20,000 nucleotides of DNA from Chiloscyllium plagiosum (lineage: Eukaryota): NCBI RefSeq assembly GCF_004010195.1, contig NC_057718.1:72587239-72607238 (forward strand). The letters run 5' to 3'. The stretch's first letter is position 1. The number at the start of each line of letters is the position of its first letter. The notes beneath the pieces were generated by a model. That model worked only from the letters and a program-made list of their open reading frames with translations. It searched no databases and was not told the origin of the DNA. The position numbers were made by a program, and so were the translations under genes. Shown in pieces: positions 11,106 through 19,095 of this stretch.

Positions 11106-11305
11106 TAGGGACTTGTCTGTGTTTCAATGTAGCTCTGGAATTGAACTTTGGTATTTAGAGTGAGCAATCGGACATCAAATTTGGACTCAAACTTAAGATG
11201 ACATTGGAAACCGTTTCTGAATGTGCCAGAAGTTTTCCTGGTACAACTGAAGCTAAATTAGCAAAGTTAGCCACCAGACTGGAAATAAAGTTGCCAGAAG
11301 AAGCT
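11106..11305 (+). mobile_element. Degenerate tRNA-Pro-like primer-binding site and gag N-terminus of the Gmr1-like element
   Basis: 11106-11123 TAGGGACTTGTCTGTGTT matches TGGGGGCTCGTCCGGGAT at 12 of 18 positions, with mostly transition mismatches. ATG at 11198 is followed by gag-like segments KPFLNVPEV (another frame) and AKLAKLATRLEIKLPEEAR. Confidence 0.55.
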
Positions 11306-11450
11306 AGAACATAGACAAAACATTGTACAGCAGAGGTACAGGCCCTGAGGCCCAACATGTCGCCATTCTAAACTAATTCCATCTGCCTGCACGTGGTCCG
11401 TACCTCTCTATTCTGTCTGTCTAAATGCTTCTTAAATAACACTATAATCT
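11306..11450 (-). mobile_element. CR1 3'-end fragment
   Basis: AGAACATAG...GTACAGCAGAGGTACAGGCCCTGAGGCCCAACATGTC...GTCTAAATGCTTCTTAAA is the reverse complement of a CR1 3' end. Confidence 0.75.
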
Positions 11451-11612
11451 TCTGCTATAAGTTCTGTGTCTTATGATCTTATACTCCACAATCACCTGAC
11501 GATGGAGCAGCACTCTGAAACCTATTGCTTCCAAATAAACCTGTTGGACTATAACCTGGTGTTGTCTGACTTTTAACTTGGTCCACCCTAGTCTGACACC
11601 GGCTCTTCCACA
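11451..11612 (+). mobile_element. Penelope-type pseudo-LTR fragment (second family) with a degenerate hammerhead-like motif
   Basis: CACCTGACGA-TGGAGCAGCACTCT-GAAA...CCAAATAAACCTGTTGGACTATAACCTGGTGTTGT. Same family as 16070-16140. The family assignment is from recall. Confidence 0.7.
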
Positions 11613-11614
11613 GT

Positions 11615-11965
11615 AATACTGCTGTAATTAGCCTTAACCTAATTTAGTACCTTCGACTGAGGAGCAGTCTTCTCTTATTCACAACTATCTTAAAACTTGT
11701 GGGACGATGATTACTGTTTCCATAATGCTCCTCCACAGAAACTTTGATCATTCCCCAAAACAATGTCTAGTAATGCCCTTCCCTAGTTGGACTATCTATA
11801 TATTGTTTCAATAAATCCTCTTGGATGCACCTTCTGGCCTATCTAAACCCTTGGCTCTAAGGGAGTTCCAGCTAATACTGAGGAAGTGAAAGTCATCCAC
11901 TATTATAACTCTATTGCTTTTACATCTTTCCGGTTCTGCTTATATAGCTGTTCCTCTATCTCCTC
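11615..11965 (-). mobile_element. CR1 ORF2 AP-endonuclease fragment in inverted orientation
   Basis: Minus translation EIEEQLYKQ, RVIIVDDFHFLSISWN, QYIDSPTREG, LDIVLGND, VSVEEHYGNSNHRPTSFKIV, KVLN*VKANYSSI. Confidence 0.85.
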
Positions 11966-13018
11966 AGTGGAAATAATAAGAATGGCAAGATTCTAGAACC
12001 TTGGAATGACGAGAAATTGAAAGCTTAGTCAAAAAGAAAAAGGAGACATACGTAAGGTTTAGGACTCATGGAGCACTCAAAGAATACAAAGCTAGCCGGA
12101 AAATAACTCAAACAAGGAATTAGGAAAGCTAAAAGGGGTCAAGAAGTGTCTTTGGCTAAGGAAAATCACAAGGTGCTTTATGCACATGAGGAGCAAGAAG
12201 GTAGCTAGGAAAAGGCAAGTCCACTCAAGGACAAAGGACACATTTTATGCATGGAGCTGGAGGAAGTGGGTGAAGTTTTAACAAATATTTTGCATTAGTA
12301 TTCACAAAGGAGAAGGACAGGGTGAATAATGAGTTTTAGGAAGATAGGTTGATATTCTAGGACAGTTCAACATAAAAAAAGGATTTGGTATTGGGTGGTT
12401 TACAAAGCATTAAGGTAGATAAGACTCTATAACCTGATAGGATCGATCCCAGAATGCTGAGGAGGCAGATCAGGAAATATTGGCACCTCAAACGAAATCT
12501 TTGAATCCTCTTCAGTCACACAAGTCCCAGAAGACTGGAGGATAGCCAATGTTGTTCCTTTGTTTAAGGGCAACAGGGGAAATCTGGGAAATTACAAACT
12601 GATGAGCTAATCATCCATGATAGACAAATTATTTAGGCTTACTTTGAAGATTCTTAGGGATAGGATTTACTCACATTTGGAAAAATATGGACTTAGTAGC
12701 GAAAGGCAGCATGGCTTTGTGCAGGTCTTGTCTCTCAAACTTGACTGAGCTTTTTGAAGGAGTGACAGAGACAAGTGATGGGCACAAGGTGGTAGATGTT
12801 GTCTACATGGATTTTAACAATGCCTTTTTGCAAAGTATCTCATGGCAGGTTGATACAAAAGGCAAAGTCAAATGGGATCTGCAGTGAGTTGGTAAGATGG
12901 ATACAGAACTGATTTAATCATAGAAGACAGAGTAGCAGTGGAAGGGTGCTTTTCTGACGGAGATCTGAGAGTGAGTGGTGTTCCACAGGGATCAGTGCTG
13001 GAACCCCTGTTGTAATTA

Positions 13019-13038
13019 ATATATATATATATATATAT
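13019..13038. repeat. (AT)10 microsatellite inside the CR1 RT
   Basis: Direct read. It has expanded from the ATATAT of the xYIND codons. Confidence 0.95.
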
Positions 13039-13852
13039 AAAAAATGATTTGAAGAATGTAGGTGGCCTGATTAGTAAGTTTGTGGATGACACAAATATTG
13101 AAGGAACTGTAGATAGTGAGGAGGACTGCCACAGTTCGCAGCAGGATGAAGGTAGGCTGGTGATTTGGATGGAGAAATGGCGAATGGTGTTTAATCTGGC
13201 CAAATGCAAGATGATGCATTTTGGAAGATCTAACGTAGAAGGGGTGTATACAGTAAATAGAAGACTCTTCGTAGCAGCAACATACAGAGGAATCTAGGTG
13301 TATAGGTCTGCAGTTCCCTGAAAGTGGAAACAGTGGTAGATGAGGTGGTCAACAAGGTGCATGGCATGCTTGCTTTCACCTATTGGGGTAAAGAATAAAT
13401 TTACACGTCATGTTGCAGCTGTATAGAACATCAGTTAGGTCACATTTGGAAAACAGTTCACAATACCAGAACGATATGGAGGATTTGGAGGGGGTATAGA
13501 AGCAGTTAACTAGGACGTTGTCTACTTTAGAGGGTATTAGCTATGAGGAGAGATTGGACAAACTTGATTTCTTTTGACTTGAATGGCACAAGTTGGGCGA
13601 TCTAATAGAAGTCTACAAAATTATGAAAGGCATGAATATAGTGGATAATCGGGGTCTGTTTCCAGAGTAAAAATCTCAATTGCTAAGGGACATAGAGATT
13701 TAAATTAAAATGGGATAAGTTTAAAAGACACATGAGAGACAGACTTTTACACACAGAGGATGGTAAATGCCTGGAATGCACTGCCAGAGGAGGTGGAGGA
13801 GGACACAATAGCAATGGTTAAAAAGCATCTTTACAGATACAGTATATGAATA

Positions 13853-14425
13853 GTGTCAGACAGCGCAGAAACAGGACTTTCGGCCCAAATCATTCATGCC
13901 AACCAGATTTCCTTGGCTGAAATTGTGCCATTTGCCTAAATTTGGCCCATATTCCTATCCATGTATCTGTCCAAATGTCTTTTAAATATTGTAATTGTAC
14001 CTGCCTCTATCATTTCCTGATGAAGGGCTTATGTCCGAAACATCGACTCTCCTGCTTGTTAGATGTTGCCTGACCTGCTGTGCTTTTCCAGCACCATGCT
14101 TTTTGACTCTACCATTTCCTGTGGCAGCTTGCTCCAATAATGCACCACCCTCTGTGTGAAACATTTGCCCCTCAGGCTCCTCTTAAATCTTTCCCCTCTT
14201 ACCTTAAACCTATGCCCTCTAGTTTTGGACTCCCTTATACTGGGAAAAAGACCTTGGCTATTCGTCTTTCCACGAAGGTCACTCCTCAGTCTCCTCCACT
14301 GCAGGGAAAATGTCCCAGCCTCCCCTAATAACTCAAACCTTCCAGTCTCAGTGAAATCCTTGTAAATCTTTCTTGCACTATTTCCAGTTTCATAACACCT
14401 TCTCAGCAGCAAGGTGACTCGCATT
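13853..14425 (-). mobile_element. CR1 3' fragment nested antisense in the preceding CR1
   Basis: Minus translation FSLQWRRLRSDL...QGLFPSIRESKTRGHRFKVRGERFKRSLRGKCFTQRVVHYWSKLPQE, followed by tail sequence. Confidence 0.9.
14017..14106 (+). mobile_element. ~90-nt Penelope pseudo-LTR fragment with a near-intact minimal hammerhead motif, flanked by a 15-bp TSD
   Basis: CTGATGA-AGGGC-TTAT-GTCC-GAAA-CATC at 14017-14044. The flanks CTCTATCATTTCCTG (14005-14019) and CTCTACCATTTCCTG (14107-14121) differ at one base. Confidence 0.85.
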
Positions 14426-15482
14426 GAAGGAATAGGGATAACAGAGACATGGACCGCAGAGAAAAAAGCTTTTTTAGTTTAGAAAGGCATCATGTATTAG
14501 CATAGTCTTGGTGGACTGAAGGGTTGTACCTGTGCTACACTCTTCTTTGAAAGAGTTGGGATTAGTGGAAATAAGCGAGGTCTTGTGGAACAGGCTGTAT
14601 ATCAGATGTATCAGTGAACCTTGAACTATAGTACAGGTGAATGGAAAGACAAAGTTAGAGATGGAATTCCAAAGGGAGTTAGAACTTATAAACTCAAATT
14701 CCAAAGGGCAGAAGAGGACAAGGTGGGGGGGTGGGGGTAGGAAATTGGAAAAGTGAAATAAAGAACAGAAATAAGGGAGGAAAAAGAGAGAACAGGAATT
14801 TAAAAGTGACACAGCTTGGGCAAGCTAAGTCAGGTGTTTGGGTAGATTTAGAAGAGGAAATTTCTAGTCATAATCCATGATTTAGTCATGTTTAAGCTTG
14901 TGTAGGTTTTGCCAAAATTTGAAGAGAAGGATATGGAATCAATTTGCATGTGATTTGAGAAGATTGCATCACAAATGAGTTGGCCAAAAGCAGAATAGAC
15001 TTTACCCAAACAAAATAAGGTAAAACAAATATAATAAAAATAAAATAAAACAAATTACAATGCCCTAAGAGCTCCTCCTCAGATTAAGAAGGAAAATGTT
15101 GAGGATTGAGGTGGAGTTTGGAAGCTTAAATGTTTCTATTGTAACAAGTTGTTCATTTGGAATGATGGAAGTTACAAGGTACACACATGGGACTTATAGG
15201 AACCAGTAAAAATGGATTATAAAAAGGGAACACAGAGATAATACCACTGACCAGGTTGTAGCTCTAACTACATTAAAAAGGATGGAAGTGAATTCTGAGA
15301 TTAATAAGGAAAATATATGGTAGAGGAGAAGCATGCAGGATTCTTGTTGAAAAGAAAGGGGTCTCCTTTTTCTTCAGGCGAGGTGTACAAACCTATAGCC
15401 ATACGAAGAGATATGGGGCAACAGAAATGCTTTTAGGGAGATATCACCAGTTGCACATGAAATTCAAATGGCAGGACATGAG

Positions 15483-15805
15483 GGGCGGCACGATGGCTCA
15501 GTGGTTAGCACTGCTGCCTTACAGCACCAGGGACCCGGGTTCGATTCCAGCCTCGGGAAACTGTGTGGAGTTTGCACATTTTCCCAGTGTCTGCGTGGGT
15601 TTCCTTCAGGTGCTCCGGTTTCCTCCCACAGTCTAAAGATGTGCAGGTTAGATGAATTGGCCATGCTAAATTGCCCCTAGTGTTAGGTGAAGGGGTAAAT
15701 GTAGGGGAATGCGTCTGGGTGGGTTGCTCTTCGGAGGGTTGCTGTGGACTTGTTGGACCGAAGGGCCTGCTTCCACACTAAGTAATCTAATCTAATCTAA
15801 TCTAA
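15483..15805 (+). mobile_element. HE1-type V-SINE, near full length, inserted in the Gypsy integrase HHCC region
   Basis: Pol III A box TGGCTCAGTGG (15494-15504), B box GGTTCGATTCC (15538-15548), V-core GTGTGGAGTTTGCACATT...GGTTTCCTCCCACAGTC, CR1-like tail and (TCTAA)4. Confidence 0.95.
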
Positions 15806-16069
15806 TTTGGAAAACTCAGGCATGCATAACAGGTTATTTTACCTGGCTAAAAAGATATATGAAGATATGCTGGTTTTGTAACATGCGTCATATCTGTCAA
15901 CCTGTAGCTACACTTCAACATGTGATTAAACCAGCACGTGATTCCTACACCATTTTTTCAGGAACCATTCAGTCACATACCAATGGATTGTGTGGGACAT
16001 TAGCTGAAGTGGAAGTCAGAAATTAACATACCCTAAGCATTGCGAATATGATACACTGATTTCCACCAC

Positions 16070-16140
16070 AGAGCTCCGAAAGCTAGTGATTTCAAATAAA
16101 CCTGTTTGACTATAACCTGGTGTGGTGTGATTTTTGACTT
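16070..16140 (+). mobile_element. Short Penelope-type pseudo-LTR fragment (second family) inside the integrase
   Basis: GCTCCGAAAGCTAGTGATTTCAAATAAACCTGTTTGACTATAACCTGGTGTGGTGTGATTTTTGACTT is homologous to ~11510-11580. Confidence 0.75.
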
Positions 16141-17296
16141 AAAGTTAAAATGGTAGTGGAAAAATTCACTCGTTTTTCACTCATTATGGGCTGCCAACAC
16201 AAGTACAATCTGATCAAGAATCAAACTTTATATCAAAGCATTTTCAAGATATCAGCTGTAGCTTGGGGTTTAAACAACTGAAGTTGACTGCATACTGTGC
16301 GCAGATCCAAGGTGCTTTGGACAAGTATCACCAAACTCTCAAAATCATGTTAAAAAAATTATGAGTGTCTAAAGGATTGGGTCAGAGAATTAGATTTTCC
16401 CTATTTGCAACCAGACATCCTCCAAGTGAGTGTACTGGCTTCAGCCCATTTGAATTAGTTTATGGCCATGAAATAACAGAGACATCAAAACTCATTCAAA
16501 ATAAATTGTTACATCAAAAAACAGATCTTCAATGTTAGAGTATGTGTCCACATCTCTGAATATGTTAACAGGAACATGTAAAGTTGTCCAGGAACATGTG
16601 AAAACTTGCCGGAATGAAATGAAAAAGGGGGATAGATAAACGTACAAAAAACAGACATTTCAAAGGAGATGAAGTCTTGGTACAATTGCCTTTACAAGTG
16701 AGCCATTAAAAGCATTATTCAGTGAACCTTATAAAATAATTAAAACGGTTAGTCAAGGAAATTTTCAATTGATACTCCTGATCATTGGAAAATCAATTAG
16801 TTGTGTCATATGAACATGTTGAACAATACTATTGTAGAGAAAACCATGAAAACATACAGGTGTGTCAAATAGTGAGTACAGAAGAGGAGGATATAAGAAC
16901 GAAGAATGAGAGCCAAAGAGAAATAGACAATTCCCAAAGTAAACTTTCTAATACATTAGAAAATTTGGATTTATTAGGGAATTTTGACACTGTCTCTGGA
17001 AAAAGATCAACAGAGAGATATATAGTGAGATTGCTCAGAAAATCCAAAAATGTTTAGAACGAAACTCCTGGATGTATCACATTAAACAAGAGGTGGACGT
17101 AGGTAAATCCGACACAATAAAAAAACAAACCATATTGGTTAAACCCAGAATACCAGGCCAATGTGACAAAGGAAATTCAATATCCATTGGACAATCAATT
17201 GATTAACCAAAGCCAGAGTAATTGGAGTTCTCCTATCATACTGGTTTCTAAACTGGATGTTCAATTAGATTATGTGTAACCTAGAGGAAAGTGAAA

Positions 17297-18570
17297 ACTG
17301 ACTGCGGTCAGCCAGTTTGGAATCATTACCTGAACTAACGAGATTCTGAAAATGCTGTTGTTTATATTAGTTAGCCAGGGCTTCCTGACTGGCCCAGGTT
17401 AACAATTCCAGTCAAGGATCTCAGTCAGTGAGATTCACCTGGTTCCAATGGTCAGTGCGTTCCAGATCACAGCCCATCTCTTGCGTCCGGTTCATCTCGG
17501 GAGAGTTTCCTCCTCTTTTTCCACCAGTAATGGTATCGAGGCTACATCCATCTTGGACTCTGAGGTTTCCTCTACACTAGACGGAGAGGGAGAACTCACA
17601 CTTTCTGACAAGCTTTCTGGCAGTTGAGGGGCCAGGTATGTACTGCTCCTTCTCCGTTCGCAAGGTAGCAGCTTTCAGGCGATCTACATTTGTTTAGGAT
17701 CGCTTCACTAACCTGAACTTTGGAAGTTACAGGACTGGATCTTGCATCAACCTCACCTCATACCCATTCAGGGTCATTTCTGTGGTTCTAACACCAAACT
17801 TCATCCCCTAAAACAAATGTCTCTCTCGCTTAGAGGAAGCACGCAACTGACATTGGCATTCCTGCTGCCGTTTCGGGAATCCTGATGAAGGATTATTGCT
17901 TGAAACTTCAATTCGCCTGCTCCTCGGATGCTTCCTGATCTGCTGTACTTTTCCAGCACCACATTTGCGACTCTTTACCCACCCATTCCCAAATATGTGT
18001 GGGTGCCACTGGTGACAATTTCTGTCCTTTGGCACTCTGGGCACTGCCCTACCAACGCAGCTACAGCTATATCAGAATCCAACTCTGGCCAACAGACAAT
18101 TTGCTGCTGGCATCTTCATCTTGGAAACCCCTGGATGCGGCACAAGACACCTGCATCAACCATTTGGCTTCCTGGACAGTCTTCCAACTTGTAATTATAC
18201 ATGCTGAGAATAAGCGCCCACAATGAATATGACCCAAAGCTATGGGTAGCACTGCTTTGTCTTCCTTCAGTAGCCTGGGCTACAGTTTGTGATCTGTTAC
18301 TATTACAAATTCACATCCGTAAAGGTACTGATGGAATATCCCCACACCAAAGACTACCACCAAATCCTCCTTCTATATCTGGCCATATTTGCATTCAGCA
18401 TCAGCCAAAGTCTGAGATGCAAATGCTATTGGGTGTTTCTCTCTGCTGGGCAACTAGTGAGGCAATACTACCCCGATACTGTACAGGGAGGCATTGCATG
18501 TCAGCACCACCTCTGAAGATTGTAGTGGGCCAACATTTTAGAGGACAATAGTTGCTTTTTTACTTCCCTA
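17297..18570 (-). mobile_element. Second Gypsy remnant (Mag/K02A2.6-like): RNase H, integrase zinc finger, integrase C-terminus, probable partial LTR
   Basis: Minus translation VVLTCNASLYSIGVVL, HPIAFASQTLADAECKYGQI*KE, FHQYLYGCEFVIVTDHK, WALILSMYNYKLE, WPELDSDI..LVGQCPECQ, GDEVWC*NHRNDPEWV*GEV. The integrase catalytic core is missing. The LTR call at ~17297-17470 is tentative. Confidence 0.82.
17878..17974 (+). mobile_element. ~95-nt Penelope pseudo-LTR fragment with a decayed hammerhead-like motif
   Basis: CCTGATGAAGGATTATTGCTTGAAACTTC...TGCTCCTCGGATGCTTCCTGATCTGCTGTACTTTTCCAGCACCACATTTGCGACTCT is homologous to 14017-14110 and 10742-10837. Confidence 0.85.
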
Positions 18571-18622
18571 AAGGCTATGTCTTGGCTAGCTGACCATTTC
18601 CAAAGGCTGACCCTTTTTCAAA

Positions 18623-18928
18623 GGGGCGGCACGGTGGCACTGCTGCCTCACAGCACCAGGGTCTCAGGTTCAATTCCAGCCTCGAGCGACTGTCTGTGTG
18701 GAGTTTGCACATTCTCCTCGTGTCTGCGTGGGTTTCCTCCGGGTGCTCTGGTTTCCTCCCACAGTCCAAAGATGTGCAGGTCAGGTGAATTAGACATGTT
18801 AAATTTCCCATAAAGTTAGGTACATTATTCAAGAGGGAAATGGATCGGGGTGGGTTACTCTTCGGAGGGTTGGTGTGGACTGGTTGGGCTGAAGGGTCTG
18901 TTTCCACACTGTAGGGAATCTAATCTAA
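18623..18928 (+). mobile_element. HE1-type V-SINE with the A box partly deleted
   Basis: GGGGCGGCACGGTGGC[deletion]ACTGCTGCCTCACAGC, B box GGTTCAATTCC, V-core, and tail GAAGGGTCTGTTTCCACACTGTAGGGAATCTAATCTAA. Confidence 0.94.
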
Positions 18929-19095
18929 AGAGGGAGTAACAGTACTAAGATGGAGGCCAGGTTATATATGAATTTTCCGTAATAATTCACTAACCCAAAG
19001 ACAGACTTAAGGTCCGAAACAGACATGGGAGCCAAAGTAAATTTGAATGCCCTCATTTTATCTTCCAACGGGTGTAACCTGGTTTTGTGACACTG

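Larger units (their letters stand above)
11966..14545 (+). mobile_element. Decayed CR1 LINE ORF2 (linker, RT and tail), interrupted at ~13853-14425
   Basis: Motifs EIESLVKKKKETYVRFR, VPEDWRIANVVPLFK, CRSCLSNLTELFE, VDVVYMDF, GVPQGSVLEPL and ISKFVDDT. The tail resumes at ~14426 and ends GGACTGAAGGGTTGTACCTGTGCTACACTCTTCT. Confidence 0.92.
14550..17295 (+). mobile_element. Gmr1-like Ty3/Gypsy internal region: gag, zinc knuckle, protease, integrase, RT start (decayed)
   Basis: gag VLPKFEEKDMESICM*FEKIASQMSWPK (~14900-14990). Knuckle KLKCFYCNK (~15120). Protease remnant KPIAIRRDMG (~15390). Integrase AHEIQMAGH..KTQA, FQEPFSHIPMDCVG, YGLPTQVQSDQESNF, IQGALDKYHQTLK, TGFSPFELVYGHE (15450-16480). 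RT start PYWLNP..KEIQYPLDNQLINQSQSNWSSPIILVSK (~17130-17260). Confidence 0.88.

Noticed and set aside
15483..15560. tRNA gene (A and B boxes present)
   Set aside because: It continues directly into the V-SINE core and CR1-like tail, and is repeated at 7800-8157 and 18623-18928. It is a SINE head.
18930..19095. Continuation of the Gmr1-like RT
   Set aside because: Faint similarity only (NFSVII- and ILSS-like pieces across frameshifts), insufficient for a feature call.
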